Shown piece after piece: positions 9,948 through 20,201 of a stretch of 64,000 nt of DNA; position 1 is the stretch's first letter, and every line of letters starts with the position of its first letter. The DNA comes from an uncultured Ktedonobacteraceae bacterium (lineage in GTDB: Bacteria; Acidobacteriota; Terriglobia; Terriglobales; Acidobacteriaceae). The notes beneath the pieces are model-generated. The model worked only from the letters and a program-made list of their open reading frames with translations. It ran no database searches and was not told where the DNA came from. Location: the NCBI GenBank assembly GCA_964657395.1, contig CAZZUX010000006.1, positions 6,192-70,191 on the forward strand, read 5' to 3'. The translations under genes and the position numbers were made by a program.

Positions 9948-10844
9948 ATGCCGGAGCTGCCTGATATTGCTGCGTACCTCCATGCGCTGGAGCAGCGGAT
10001 TCTCGGGCAACGGATGGAGCGTGTCCGGATTGCGAGTGCGTTTCTGCTGCGGACGGCTGTGCCGCCGGTGTCGGCTGCCGAGGGCAGGGAAGTGGTGGCG
10101 CTGCGGCGTATCGGCAAACGGATTGCGATTGGTTTCGACAACGAAATATGGCTGGTGCTGCACCTGATGATTGCCGGTCGACTGCATTGGCGCGGTCCCG
10201 GGGCGAAGCTCGGCGGTCGGCAGAACCTGGCTGCGTTCGACTTTCCTCACGGTTCGCTGGTGCTGACGGAGGCGGGTGCGAAGCGTCGGGCCTCACTGCA
10301 CGTGATGCGCGGTGACGATCTGGCACTGCTAGATCCGGGAGGCATCGATATTTTCTCGAGCGACATGGGTGCCTTCAAAGCGGCGCTGATGGCAGAAAAT
10401 CGCACATTGAAGCGTGCGTTGACGGATCCGCGCATTTTGAGCGGGATCGGGAATGCATATTCGGACGAGATTCTTCATGCAGCGCGGCTTTCGCCGATTG
10501 CGCAGACGCATAAGCTGACGCCTGATGAGTGGGACCGGCTCTATTCGGCGACGCGCGGCACGATGAAGGATTGGATTGAGAAATTTCGGGTGGAAGCGGG
10601 GAAGGGCTTTCCGGAGAAGGTGACCGCGTTTCGCGAGGATATGGCGGTGCATGGTCGCTTTGGAAAGCCTTGTCCTCGGTGTGGGCAGCCGATCCAGCGA
10701 ATCCGCTATGCGGACAATGAAACGAACTACTGTGCGGCGTGTCAGACGGGAGGTAAGGTGCTTGCGGATCGGAGCCTGTCGCGACTTCTAGGAGCGGACT
10801 GGCCGCGATCGCTGGAGGAGTTGGAGGCTCTGAAGCGGCGGTAG
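9948..10844 (+). CDS. Fpg/Nei family DNA glycosylase / AP lyase
   Basis: Begins MPELPD (catalytic Pro2/Glu3), so the start is set at the second Met of the ORF. H2TH region and C-terminal zinc finger [25 protein letters not shown]. Confidence 0.88.
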   Translation: MPELPDIAAYLHALEQRILGQRMERVRIASAFLLRTAVPPVSAAEGREVVALRRIGKRIAIGFDNEIWLVLHLMIAGRLHWRGPGAKLGGRQNLAAFDFPHGSLVLTEAGAKRRASLHVMRGDDLALLDPGGIDIFSSDMGAFKAALMAENRTLKRALTDPRILSGIGNAYSDEILHAARLSPIAQTHKLTPDEWDRLYSATRGTMKDWIEKFRVEAGKGFPEKVTAFREDMAVHGRFGKPCPRCGQPIQRIRYADNETNYCAACQTGGKVLADRSLSRLLGADWPRSLEELEALKRR

Positions 10845-10860
10845 TTTCCTGGAAGCTGGG

Positions 10861-12447
10861 TTAGACGACGACGCTCTCGCGGTACTCACCGAAGACTTTA
10901 CGCATAGCGTTTGCAATCTCGCCGACGGTTGCGTTGTTGTCGACGGCTTCGACGATGGCCGGCATCAGGTTTCGACCTTCGCGGGCTGTGCTTTCGACAG
11001 ACGCGATTGCAGTCTGCCACTTGGCGGCATTGCGTGCGGCGCGGAGAGACTGCAGGCGTTCTACCTGGCGCTGCTCAAGGGCCGGATCGATGCGCTGGAC
11101 GGGAACGCCGGGTTCGGCATCGCGTGTGAATTTATTGACGCCGACGACGACCTGGCTGCCGCTTTCGACGGCGCGCTGGAAGGCGTAGGCGGCATCCTGG
11201 ATTTGACTTTGGACCCAGCCTCGCTCGATGGCGCGCAGCATGCCGCCGAGCTTCTCGATGCGGGCGAAGTAGTCATCGACTTCGCGCTCGATGCGCAGAG
11301 TGTCGGCTTCGACTGCATAGGAGCCGGCGAAGGGGTCGATGACGCCAGGAATGCCGCTTTCGTGCGCGAGAATCTGCTGGGTTCGAATGGCGATGCGGGC
11401 GGCGTCTTCGGTGGGCAGGGCGAGAGCTTCGTCGAAGCCATTGGTATGCAGCGACTGGGTGCCGCCCATCACGGCCGAGAGTGCCTGGATGGTGGTGCGG
11501 ACGATGTTGTTTTCGGGCTGTTGGGCGGTGAGCGTTGAGCCGGCGGTCTGGGTATGGAAGCGAAGCATCCACGACTTTGGATTTTGAGCGTGGAAGGTGT
11601 CGCGCATGAGCTTGGCCCAGATTTTGCGGGCTGCGCGGAACTTGGCGACTTCTTCGAGAAAGTTGTTGTGTGCGTTGAAGAAGAAGGAGAGGCGAGGGGC
11701 AAATTCATCCACCTGCAGACCGGCGGTAATGGCGGCCTGCACGTAGGCGGTGCCATTGGCGAGGGTGAAGGCGACTTCCTGGGCGGCGGTCGAGCCGGCT
11801 TCGCGCATGTGGTAGCCGGAGATGGAGATGGTGTTCCACTCGGGCATCTCGGTGCGCGCCCAGGCGAACATGTCGGTAATGATGCGCATAGCGGCGGGGA
11901 TGGGATAGATGTAGGTGCCGCGGGCGATGTATTCCTTGAGAACGTCATTCTGGACAGTGCCGGAGAGCTTGTGGACGGCTGCGCCGGATCGGCGGGCGGC
12001 AACGGCGTAGAGCGCCAGCAGGATACTCGCGGTCGAGTTGATAGTCATTGACGTGGAAATTTTGTCGAGAGGGATGCCGTCGAAGAGTCGCTGCATATCT
12101 TCGATGGAGTCGATGGCGACGCCGACCTTGCCGACTTCGCCGAGGGCGAGCGGGTCGTCAGAGTCGTAGCCGATTTGGGTGGGCAGGTCGAAGGCGACGG
12201 AGAGGCCGGCGGTGCCGTTGGCGAGTAGAAATTTGTAGCGGCGGTTGGATTCTTCGGCGTCGCCCATCCCGGCGTACTGGCGCATGGTCCAGAGGCGGCC
12301 GGTGTACATGGTGGGCTGGATGCCGCGCGTGAATGGATACTGGCCGGGCAAGCCGAGATCGGTGGCAGGGACAAAGCCGAGGGCTTCGAGATCATCCTGC
12401 GTCCAGAGAGTCCTGGAGCCTATGGATCTGGTGTCGACAGGGTCCAT
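10861..12447 (-). CDS. methylmalonyl-CoA mutase family large (catalytic) subunit, without a B12-binding domain
   Basis: 528 aa. [25 protein letters not shown] and [24 protein letters not shown] are typical of the acyl-CoA mutase TIM-barrel domain. The protein ends before any DxHxxG cobalamin domain. Confidence 0.9.
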   Translation of the reverse strand: MDPVDTRSIGSRTLWTQDDLEALGFVPATDLGLPGQYPFTRGIQPTMYTGRLWTMRQYAGMGDAEESNRRYKFLLANGTAGLSVAFDLPTQIGYDSDDPLALGEVGKVGVAIDSIEDMQRLFDGIPLDKISTSMTINSTASILLALYAVAARRSGAAVHKLSGTVQNDVLKEYIARGTYIYPIPAAMRIITDMFAWARTEMPEWNTISISGYHMREAGSTAAQEVAFTLANGTAYVQAAITAGLQVDEFAPRLSFFFNAHNNFLEEVAKFRAARKIWAKLMRDTFHAQNPKSWMLRFHTQTAGSTLTAQQPENNIVRTTIQALSAVMGGTQSLHTNGFDEALALPTEDAARIAIRTQQILAHESGIPGVIDPFAGSYAVEADTLRIEREVDDYFARIEKLGGMLRAIERGWVQSQIQDAAYAFQRAVESGSQVVVGVNKFTRDAEPGVPVQRIDPALEQRQVERLQSLRAARNAAKWQTAIASVESTAREGRNLMPAIVEAVDNNATVGEIANAMRKVFGEYRESVVV

Positions 12448-12457
12448 CAGGCGGTTC

Positions 12458-13024
12458 TCATCGAGCTGCCCTCGCCGACTGGCGATCTGCTGACTGGCGT
12501 CGTGATCTTACCCGGGCACGCAGAAACGAACTGGCGGAAAAGTAGACGAAGACGGCTGTCAGGAAACAGTAGAGTTCGAAGGTTCGGTGTGCAGGACCGC
12601 CGGCGTACTGTGCACGCAAATGGTAGACATTTTGTCCGAAGAACGCGGCAAAAAGTGCGAAGAAGCAGCCGGTAATTTCGAGCCAGAGAACACTGCTGGC
12701 ATGAGCGAAGGGGCGGAAGAAGGATTGTCCGAAGTTACGGGAACCCCGCCCGATGCCCTGGCCGAGATTTCGACCCTGCTGCGCTACCTGCGCGGCCCGC
12801 TGCCGCATGGCTTCCTGCATTGCCGGGGTAATGACCTCGGGACGTGGACGCGCTGAGTTGTCAGCATTTGCCCGTACCGTGGTATTTTGCGACGCAGTCT
12901 GCTGCTCTGCCTTCTGTTTTGCTTCTGTGGCGCGGTCGCGCGCGATTCTGCCGGCGACTCTTACCCCGATTCCGAGTTTTTTCCCGAACGAGTTTGGTTC
13001 CATTTCCCTGCTCCGCGACACCAA
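12458..13024 (-). CDS. hypothetical membrane protein
   Basis: 188 aa. Basic/Gln-rich N-terminal half and two hydrophobic segments ([30 protein letters not shown]). Ends 10 nt before the mutase start. The start may instead be the internal MEPNSF. Confidence 0.5.
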   Translation of the reverse strand: MVSRSREMEPNSFGKKLGIGVRVAGRIARDRATEAKQKAEQQTASQNTTVRANADNSARPRPEVITPAMQEAMRQRAAQVAQQGRNLGQGIGRGSRNFGQSFFRPFAHASSVLWLEITGCFFALFAAFFGQNVYHLRAQYAGGPAHRTFELYCFLTAVFVYFSASSFLRARVRSRRQSADRQSARAAR

Positions 13025-13188
13025 AGGATAGCAGCGCCGCGCAAAAGTTTCTTTTCACCATTCTGATACGCGTTGCGACTCTGGATCATCAGAAGTAAGG
13101 TACTCGTAGAACGGCTGGCAGGTCGCCACCCGGAGCGTTGTGGTTTACCGGAAATCTTTCGCCGAAGGGGAAAAATTTGAACAAACGT

Positions 13189-13518
13189 ATGCGCAAGCTC
13201 ATTCAGCAACTCGGCGAAGCCATCCACGACTCAGTGTCAGAATCGGAACTGATTGCCGGGGTGGTGCAGGATATCCGTCGCCACGGATTCGATGTGCTGC
13301 TGATGCTGGAAGCCACCATTGGCTTGAATGAAGTGGAACAGCAACCGGCCAGCCTTGCTGCTGCATCAGACGGCGATGGTGAGGTGGAAAATGGTGCTGC
13401 AGCAAACAGTGGTTCTTTCACACAGCAGGACGTTAAGTTCCTGCGCTCGCTGCGCATTTCGGTCGAAGGGGAAGATCCCTCTTCTGCTCAGGAATCTCTC
13501 AGCGACCACTCGGAATAG
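13189..13518 (+). CDS. hypothetical acidic protein
   Basis: 109 aa from the first ATG (MRKLIQQLGEAIHD...); the ORF opens at a TTG at 13138. No motif recognised. Confidence 0.45.
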   Translation: MRKLIQQLGEAIHDSVSESELIAGVVQDIRRHGFDVLLMLEATIGLNEVEQQPASLAAASDGDGEVENGAAANSGSFTQQDVKFLRSLRISVEGEDPSSAQESLSDHSE

Positions 13519-13650
13519 TCTTACCGCACCGCCAGCGAGTGTTGTTATCTCTCCGTGATACGATGTGCCCGATTGTCTGGTGCTGTCCCTTTGAAGCATC
13601 AATCATCAGTCCACAGCATCAAGGCGCAGGGCGCGGGAAGCGGAGACTAC

Positions 13651-14913
13651 ATGTTTGGGATGAAAGATACGCTGGGTGTGTTGTTGGCGGGCGGAGCGGG
13701 AGAAAGACTGTTTCCGCTCACCAGGGACCGCGCCAAACCTGCTGTACCGTTTGGCGGCCAATATCGGATCATCGATATCACCCTGTCCAACTGCATCAAC
13801 TCCGGCCTGCGCCGCGTTTACATCCTGACCCAGTACAAGGCACTTTCGCTGAACCGCCACATTCGTGAGGGCTGGAGCGGCGTAGTCGCGCAGGAACTGG
13901 GCGAGTTTATCGAGATTCTTCCGCCGATGCAGCGGGTGAGTGCCAACTGGTACATGGGCACGGCTGATGCGGTCTATCAGAACATTTACTCGATCGGCTC
14001 CGAGCAGCCGAAATACGTCATCATTCTCTCCGGCGACCACATTTACAAGATGGACTACAGCCGCATGCTCGACCACCACATTGCGGTCGACGCGGATGTG
14101 ACGCTGGCGACTTTGCCGATTGACCCGTCAGAGGTTTCGCGATTCGGCGTGGTAGAGGTGGCGAAGAATGGCGATGTGATCGGCTTTGATGAGAAGCCGA
14201 AAACGACCGAGATGCGTTCGCCGTTTAATCCTGAGATGGTGGATGCGTCGATGGGCATCTATATCTTCAACACGGATGTGCTGCTGCCTGCATTGATGAA
14301 GGATGCGGAAGATCCCGACTCCAAGCATGACTTCGGCCATAACATTCTGCCCAGCATTCTTGGTCAGTACAAGATGACGGCGTACAACTTTGTCGATGAG
14401 AACAAGAAGCAGGCGTTGTACTGGCGCGATGTCGGCACACTCGATGCCTACTATGACGCCAACATGGATCTGGTGTCCGTGTCGCCAGTATTCAACCTCT
14501 ATGACAACAGCTGGGCCATGCGCACCCGTCAGCGTCAGTATCCGCCGGCCAAGTTTGTTTTTGGTGAGCCCGGGCGCACGGGTATGGCCATCAACTCGGT
14601 CATCTCGCAGGGCTGCATCATCTCCGGTGCGGTGGTTCGGAACAGTATTCTTTCGCAGGATGTGCGCGTGAACTCCTATGCGGACATTGAGTCGAGCATC
14701 ATCTTCACGCACTGCAATATCGGTCGGCATTGCCGCATCAAGCGGGCCATTATCGATCGGGACGTGCATTTGCCTGAAGGGACGGTGATCGGCTACGACC
14801 AGGAGCAGGACCGGAAGAACTATTTCGTGACTCCTTCCGGGCTGACCGTGGTGACGCGGGATCTGTCGCTGTATGAGAGTCCGCAGATACGGAGTCAGCG
14901 GCAGCCTTCGTAG
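13651..14913 (+). CDS. glgC: glucose-1-phosphate adenylyltransferase
   Basis: LLAGGAGERLFPLTRDRAKPAVPFGG, YRIIDITLSNCINSG and a C-terminal LbH domain. Start set at MFGMKD, with GGAG 6 nt upstream; the ORF opens at 13555. Confidence 0.93.
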   Translation: MFGMKDTLGVLLAGGAGERLFPLTRDRAKPAVPFGGQYRIIDITLSNCINSGLRRVYILTQYKALSLNRHIREGWSGVVAQELGEFIEILPPMQRVSANWYMGTADAVYQNIYSIGSEQPKYVIILSGDHIYKMDYSRMLDHHIAVDADVTLATLPIDPSEVSRFGVVEVAKNGDVIGFDEKPKTTEMRSPFNPEMVDASMGIYIFNTDVLLPALMKDAEDPDSKHDFGHNILPSILGQYKMTAYNFVDENKKQALYWRDVGTLDAYYDANMDLVSVSPVFNLYDNSWAMRTRQRQYPPAKFVFGEPGRTGMAINSVISQGCIISGAVVRNSILSQDVRVNSYADIESSIIFTHCNIGRHCRIKRAIIDRDVHLPEGTVIGYDQEQDRKNYFVTPSGLTVVTRDLSLYESPQIRSQRQPS

Positions 14914-15009
14914 CGGCCGTGATCCGAGGGCTGGAGTTGACGTCGTCCAGTACGAAGCCAGCCCGAGCTTAGATGGGGCTCTTCCTGATCGGTTAACATC
15001 AAAGGCTGC

Positions 15010-15636
15010 ATGAAGACCTTCGATCCCGCGGCACTCACTCCCCAGGACAATTACAAGCTGCTTGCCGGTACCATTTTGCCGCGTCCGATTGCCTTTGTTT
15101 CCACAATGAGTGAGCGCGGGATACGCAACCTGGCGCCTTACAGCTTTTTTACGGTTGCCAGCGCCAATCCGCCGATCGTGGTCTTTTGCCCGATGGTGCG
15201 GCCGCCCAATGCGAAACAACTATCGAGTGTGAAGGACACGCTCGGCAATATTGCCGCGATGAAGGAATTCGTACTCAATATTGTGTCGGAAGATTTTGTC
15301 GGCAAGATGAACCAGACGGCTGCAGAAGTTGAACCGGAGATTGATGAGTGGGAGCTGTCCGGGCTGACACCGGTGGCGAGCGAGTTAGTGCGGCCGCCGC
15401 GTGTGGGTGAATCACGCATGCAGATGGAATGCAGGTTGTTGCGTCTGGTGGTGGCGAGCGACAGGCCGCTTGGAGGCACACTGGTGCTGGGAGAAGTTCT
15501 CCGGTTTCACGTGGCGGAAGAGATAGTCAGCGACAAGCTCATCATTGATCCGGATAAGTTGAACGCAGTCGGCCGCATGGGAGGCGCTGCTTATATCCGG
15601 ACGCACGATCGATTTGATCTCGAGCGCCCGAAGTAA
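15010..15636 (+). CDS. flavin reductase family protein (FMN-binding split barrel)
   Basis: 208 aa. YKLLAGTILPRPIAFVST...NLAPYSFF motif, typical of the flavin reductase-like domain. Confidence 0.85.
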   Translation: MKTFDPAALTPQDNYKLLAGTILPRPIAFVSTMSERGIRNLAPYSFFTVASANPPIVVFCPMVRPPNAKQLSSVKDTLGNIAAMKEFVLNIVSEDFVGKMNQTAAEVEPEIDEWELSGLTPVASELVRPPRVGESRMQMECRLLRLVVASDRPLGGTLVLGEVLRFHVAEEIVSDKLIIDPDKLNAVGRMGGAAYIRTHDRFDLERPK

Positions 15637-15645
15637 GCTCTTTGT

Positions 15646-16146
15646 TCACAGTTGGGCTCGCTCCAACTGCACGCGGAGATTGCCAGCGAGCTCTACCACC
15701 ATCTTGAGCTTGGAAGCGACGTTCCCGGATAAGGCTGGCTCGGCTAAGGCCAGCTGCGACTGCAGCAACAACCCGGTGACAGTCGACTTCAACTGGCATT
15801 CAATGGTCGTAGCTGCTGCGCGCATGGCTAATGCCTGCTCCTGTTCACGGCGACTGAGTCCGGCGCGAATATCCCGAGCCAGTCGAGCGGTGCCGGATAG
15901 CGCAAAGTTTACCTGCATTGGAACAGCCAGGCCGGTGAAGCGCCAGAGCAGCTCGGCTCCGCGAACGTCTGCTTCCACGATCGATTCATCCACAACGACC
16001 ACCGAGTAGGGGTGACGCTTGAGGGCAGCGATGCCTTCCTTGCGATCAGGAGCGCTGTCTACTGGTATGCCGAGCTGGTTGGAAAGGTTGAGAGCACAGT
16101 TTTCAACGCCCGGGATGGCTGAAATCAGCAGAATGGTGTGATTCAT
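15646..16146 (-). CDS. receiver-like (pseudo-receiver) domain protein with a C-terminal helical region
   Basis: 166 aa from the ATG with AAGGAG 6 nt upstream. CheY-like beta-alpha pattern (TILLIS..., YSVVVVDES). The N-terminal acidic pair is replaced by Ser-Ala. Confidence 0.6.
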   Translation of the reverse strand: MNHTILLISAIPGVENCALNLSNQLGIPVDSAPDRKEGIAALKRHPYSVVVVDESIVEADVRGAELLWRFTGLAVPMQVNFALSGTARLARDIRAGLSRREQEQALAMRAAATTIECQLKSTVTGLLLQSQLALAEPALSGNVASKLKMVVELAGNLRVQLERAQL

Positions 16147-16192
16147 CTTGTACTCCTTTACCGCGGTGAGCTGTCGTGAGCCGAGTGCTGCG

Positions 16193-17632
16193 TTAGTCGC
16201 CGGCGGCGAGTATGAGGCCATCATCCAGTCCGTACTCTTTCAATTTGCGGTAGAGGGTGGTCTTACCGATTCCCAGCAATCTTGCTGCTCGGAGCTTGTC
16301 TCCCTTCAGCTTCAACAAAGTGGAAAGGATAGTCTCCCGTTCGAGGGAGGCAAGGGATTGAACCTCCCTGTCGACACCGGGGAGTGCTGCTTCCGGCACC
16401 TTCGAGACGGGCCTGTGACTTTGCAGCATGTGCGACTGTAACTGTGTCGGCATGTCGCCGGGGTGCATGACGGGGCCGGTAGACATGGAGAAGCAGTGCT
16501 CGATTGCGTTCTCGAGTTCGCGGACATTGCCAGGCCACGGATAATCCACCATGGTGCGCAGGGCATCATCCGATAAAAGATTTGCGGTGCCGCGGGCGCG
16601 GTTCATCTTGTCCATGAAATGCGCGGCAAGAATGGGGATATCTGCCTTCCTGTCGCGGAGATTCGGCAATCGCAGGTTGACAACACTGAGACGGTAGTAG
16701 AGGTCTTTGCGAAAGGTACCTTTCTCTACCATGGTCGAGAGGTCGCGGTTGGTAGCAGCCAATACCCGCGCATTCATGGCGACCCGGTGGGTTGCTCCGA
16801 CGGGTCGGATCTCTTTTTCCTGGAGCGCCCGCAGCAGCTTGGCCTGCAGATCCAGCGGCAGTTCTCCTACTTCATCGAGGAAGACGGTGCCGCCATCAGC
16901 AGTGGCGAGCAGGCCATCCTTGTTTCGGTGAGCGCCGGTGAATGCGCCTTTAACGTAGCCGAAGAGTTCGCTTTCGATGAGGGTCGGCACCAGTGAACCG
17001 CAGTCAACTGGAATGAACGGCTTGTTCGCGTTGGGTCCATTGTTGTGAATGGAACGCGCCACCAGTTCTTTGCCGGTGCCGCTTTCGCCCAGGATGAGCA
17101 CCGGGTGAGTACTCTGCGCGACCTTGGCGAGGATGCGGTAGAGTTTCTCCATTTCGGGGCTGCGGCCGATGATATTGCCGGAGCCCTGGTGGAGGCGAAG
17201 GCGCTCGCGCAGGGTCCTGCTGACGCCGCATGCGTCGAGTCGTTCGGCGATGCGGTCCAGCACCGCGGCCAGTTCCTCGATCGCAAATGGCTTGGTGAGG
17301 TAGTCGGCAGCCCCCATGCGCATGGCCTCTACAGCGGATTGCACCGAAGCAGATGCGTGCATGACCAGGACTGCTGTATCCGGCTGCAGAAGTTTGATCT
17401 CGCCTAACAGGGTGAGACCTTCGCCTGCCGGTACTTTCAGTTCGAGCAGGATGACATCGAAAGCGTGCCCGTGCAGGAGTCTGCGTGCTTCCGCAGTAGT
17501 CTCCACCTGTTGTGGAAGAAATCCCATTTCAAGGGAAATTTCCGAGCAGGCAGCGCGAGTGGCCGAATCCTCATCGATGATGAGGAGGTGCAGCTTGCCA
17601 ATGCGAGGCATCGGCGAAGTAAAGTGTGCCAT
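16193..17632 (-). CDS. sigma54-dependent transcriptional activator (NtrC family) with an atypical receiver domain
   Basis: 479 aa. Receiver domain, AAA+ domain (GESGTGKE, GAFTGA, ...) and Fis-type HTH (LGIGKTTLYRKLKEYGL). The phospho-acceptor position reads LLELKVP, with Glu64 encoded at 17441-17443. Confidence 0.9.
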   Translation of the reverse strand: MAHFTSPMPRIGKLHLLIIDEDSATRAACSEISLEMGFLPQQVETTAEARRLLHGHAFDVILLELKVPAGEGLTLLGEIKLLQPDTAVLVMHASASVQSAVEAMRMGAADYLTKPFAIEELAAVLDRIAERLDACGVSRTLRERLRLHQGSGNIIGRSPEMEKLYRILAKVAQSTHPVLILGESGTGKELVARSIHNNGPNANKPFIPVDCGSLVPTLIESELFGYVKGAFTGAHRNKDGLLATADGGTVFLDEVGELPLDLQAKLLRALQEKEIRPVGATHRVAMNARVLAATNRDLSTMVEKGTFRKDLYYRLSVVNLRLPNLRDRKADIPILAAHFMDKMNRARGTANLLSDDALRTMVDYPWPGNVRELENAIEHCFSMSTGPVMHPGDMPTQLQSHMLQSHRPVSKVPEAALPGVDREVQSLASLERETILSTLLKLKGDKLRAARLLGIGKTTLYRKLKEYGLDDGLILAAGD

Positions 17633-17700
17633 GGTTGTTTGTAACCGTATGTGATTTTTCTGGATTGTACGTCATGGGCTTTCCTGTTGTGGGAATGTTT

Positions 17701-18651
17701 TCACGCCTTCACAGAGTTATTCGTAACTACCGGAAGTACAATCTCGAAACGAGAGCCTCTTTCAGGCAGCCTTAAAGCACGCACAGTGCCCTGGCCGGCC
17801 TCTACAAATTCGCGGACAATGCGCAGACCCAGTCCGCGTGGCCGGAATGACATGCGGGGGCGGAGAGACTCTTCCGGCATGGTGCGTACCTGGGTTTCAA
17901 AGATGCGGTCGAGCAGACTGAGAGGGATGCCCGGACCGTTGTCTTCGATAGACAGAAGAATGCACGGAACGCTGTCCCGCGACACAGGAGAGGCTGCGAT
18001 CAGGATCCGCCCGCCGGCAGACATCGCTTCGGTCGCGTTGCGAACCAGGTTAATGAGGGTTCGCGTGAAGTCAACGGCCGGCATATGGAGGCCGCATGCA
18101 GGGCAGGAATCAAGATCGAGAGTGAGGACGACTTTAGGCCCTGCCAGGGCACTCAACATCGGCAGCATTGCCTGCAGCTCGGCGACCATGTTCAGGACCG
18201 GTTTTTCGCTGCCCTGTCTTGTAAAAGCCAGAGTGGAGGGAGCCTCACGAGAGGTCTCAGTTTGATGGACCAGTCCTGGCGGAAGATCGCTGTTCCTTCC
18301 CCTGTGGGCAACAGGCATGATGCGCCGTTTTTCCTGCGGCTTGCTGACGGCGCCAGTTGAGACGGAGCGCAGTGCTTCTACCAGCAGACGGTCCAGGAGC
18401 TGGCCGCTGCTGTCTCGTAACAGACGAAGTTCACTCAGGAAATGTTGATGTTCCGGCTTCAGGACACCTGGCGTACTGAGGAGTTCGCAATAGATATCCA
18501 TGGCAGCGAGCATATTGCGGGCATCATGGGCCAGGCCGGCGGAGTATTGCGCAATCGAGGGGGGCGCCGATTGGGTGGGATGGACGCTCTGGAGGAAGGA
18601 GTTTTCAAGCAGACTGGAGGGAAGGATTGTAGTGGCAGGTTTGTGTCGCAT
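17701..18651 (-). CDS. histidine kinase without a recognisable sensor domain
   Basis: 316 aa. H-box AGLAHDARNMLAAM about 40 aa from the N-terminus, N-box LVRNATEAM, G1 DNGPGIP, G2 GLGLRIV. A long linker separates DHp and CA. Confidence 0.85.
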   Translation of the reverse strand: MRHKPATTILPSSLLENSFLQSVHPTQSAPPSIAQYSAGLAHDARNMLAAMDIYCELLSTPGVLKPEHQHFLSELRLLRDSSGQLLDRLLVEALRSVSTGAVSKPQEKRRIMPVAHRGRNSDLPPGLVHQTETSREAPSTLAFTRQGSEKPVLNMVAELQAMLPMLSALAGPKVVLTLDLDSCPACGLHMPAVDFTRTLINLVRNATEAMSAGGRILIAASPVSRDSVPCILLSIEDNGPGIPLSLLDRIFETQVRTMPEESLRPRMSFRPRGLGLRIVREFVEAGQGTVRALRLPERGSRFEIVLPVVTNNSVKA

Positions 18652-18987
18652 GGGACGCCCCTTGTTCGATCTCTGGACTTGTCGCGGCGAAAAGGCCGCG
18701 GCTTCTTGGGCTTCCTAAGTACACGTTGCTGGCCAAATGGATGGACGGCTCTAAACCATTCATTTTATGGAGGTTGTAGGTCTAACAGAAAAGTAGAAGG
18801 CGACTGGCGTGTTCCCGGAAAGGAACGGGGAGCCGGTCAGGTTTCAGCGTATCGCTTTCAGAACAAATGACTTTCGAGAGACGAGATAGCCTTTCCCAAT
18901 TTGGATGGAGTTCTGAAATTGAATCGTCCGTGACGATTCCCTTGCCCACAGGGTTGAAGCGCGCGCGCATCATCTAGACTGAAAGTC

Positions 18988-19755
18988 ATGCATTTGACTG
19001 AAGTGACTTCTGCCGGCTCCAGCCTTTCTTCTTTCCGACCGGACAATCGTGCGCCCGATGCCATGCGACCGGTGAAGATGACGAGGGATTTTGTGCGGGT
19101 GGCTGAGGGCTCTGTGCTGATTGAGGTCGGCCATACGCGTGTTCTGTGCAATGCCACGATTGAACAGGGCGTTCCTGGATGGCTTCGTAACAGTGGCCGC
19201 GGGTGGGTGACGGCGGAGTACGGGATGCTGCCGAGGGCGACGTTGACGCGTTCTCCGCGTGAGAGCGAGCGAGGCAAGATTGGCGGTCGAACGCACGAGA
19301 TCCAACGGCTGATCGGGCGGTCGTTGCGTTCGGTGATCGACATGCAGGCACTTGGCGAGCGGACCGTGGTGCTGGACTGCGATGTGCTGCAGGCGGACGG
19401 CGGAACGCGCACGGCGGCGATCACGGGAGCCTGTGCAGCACTGGCGCTTGCGCTGAACCGGATGACGAAGGCCGGCGCGCTGAAGAGCTCTCCTTTGAAG
19501 CAGCTGGTAGCAGCGACATCGGTCGGGATCCTGGAGGGACAGGTGCTGCTTGACCTGGCTTACGAAGAAGACTCGCAGGCGGATGTAGACATGAACGTAG
19601 TTATGAATGAAGCCGGCGGGCTGGTGGAAGTGCAGGCTACGGCGGAAAAAGAGTCATTTCCGAGAAGTGCCTTGTTGGCGATGATGGATTATGCCGAGGC
19701 GGGCATTGCGAAGCTGATTGTCGCGCAGCAGGAGCTGTTGAGAGATGCTGTCTGA
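18988..19755 (+). CDS. rph: ribonuclease PH
   Basis: 255 aa. [38 protein letters not shown] aligns with the E. coli RNase PH N-terminus, plus the [15 protein letters not shown] phosphate-binding motif. Confidence 0.93.
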   Translation: MHLTEVTSAGSSLSSFRPDNRAPDAMRPVKMTRDFVRVAEGSVLIEVGHTRVLCNATIEQGVPGWLRNSGRGWVTAEYGMLPRATLTRSPRESERGKIGGRTHEIQRLIGRSLRSVIDMQALGERTVVLDCDVLQADGGTRTAAITGACAALALALNRMTKAGALKSSPLKQLVAATSVGILEGQVLLDLAYEEDSQADVDMNVVMNEAGGLVEVQATAEKESFPRSALLAMMDYAEAGIAKLIVAQQELLRDAV

Positions 19756-19771
19756 TTAAGGCCTAGGAACT

Positions 19772-19807
19772 GCCGGCGTTGCTCAGAAAGCAAGCGCCGG
19801 CTGTTTG
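19772..19807 (+). terminator. probable terminator between rph and a convergent small gene
   Basis: GCCGGCGTTGC / GCAAGCGCCGGC stem with one bulge, followed by TGTTTG. The T-tract is weak. Confidence 0.5.
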
Positions 19808-19813
19808 CAGGTG

Positions 19814-20005
19814 TCAGGCCGTGGTGTGGTGATCTGCCCAGGCGTGTTGCAGTTCGCTTGCCAGTTCCACAACAGGCGCGGGTGAGAGAGCTGCTTTGCC
19901 GAGACGCTTTCCGGCCTGCATAGGGGTGTCGCCGCTTTTTCTGAAAATCAGCCAGGCTACATAGGCAGTGCCAGCTGTGGCCAGGGTCCAGACGAGAGTC
20001 CGCAT
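19814..20005 (-). CDS. small hypothetical membrane protein
   Basis: 63 aa. AAGGAGA 7 nt upstream of the ATG and one N-terminal TM segment (LVWTLATAGTAYVAWLIF). Confidence 0.5.
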   Translation of the reverse strand: MRTLVWTLATAGTAYVAWLIFRKSGDTPMQAGKRLGKAALSPAPVVELASELQHAWADHHTTA

Positions 20006-20201
20006 CTGTGTGTCTCCTTGTGTTTCGCTGAAGTGTTAGAAGCAATCTGAGCGCCGGGGCTGCTTTGCCGAGTAATTGGAATTTGATCCAGGCAGCTTCG
20101 ATCCATGAGCCTGCTGCCGGGCCTGCTGAAGAAGAGGCCGGTCAGCGTGAGAGAATACGGTGTTGGCCCCGTCTGCTTGGCCTGTACATCCTCGCTTCCT
20201 C

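Noticed and set aside
14128-15219. 363-aa minus-strand ORF opposite glgC and the flavin reductase gene
   Set aside because: It spans two well-supported plus-strand genes and their intergenic gap. It is Arg/His-rich with no motifs.
18782-18973. 63-aa ORF in the divergent kinase/rph intergenic region
   Set aside because: It has no RBS, an unremarkable composition, and lies where two divergent promoters are expected.
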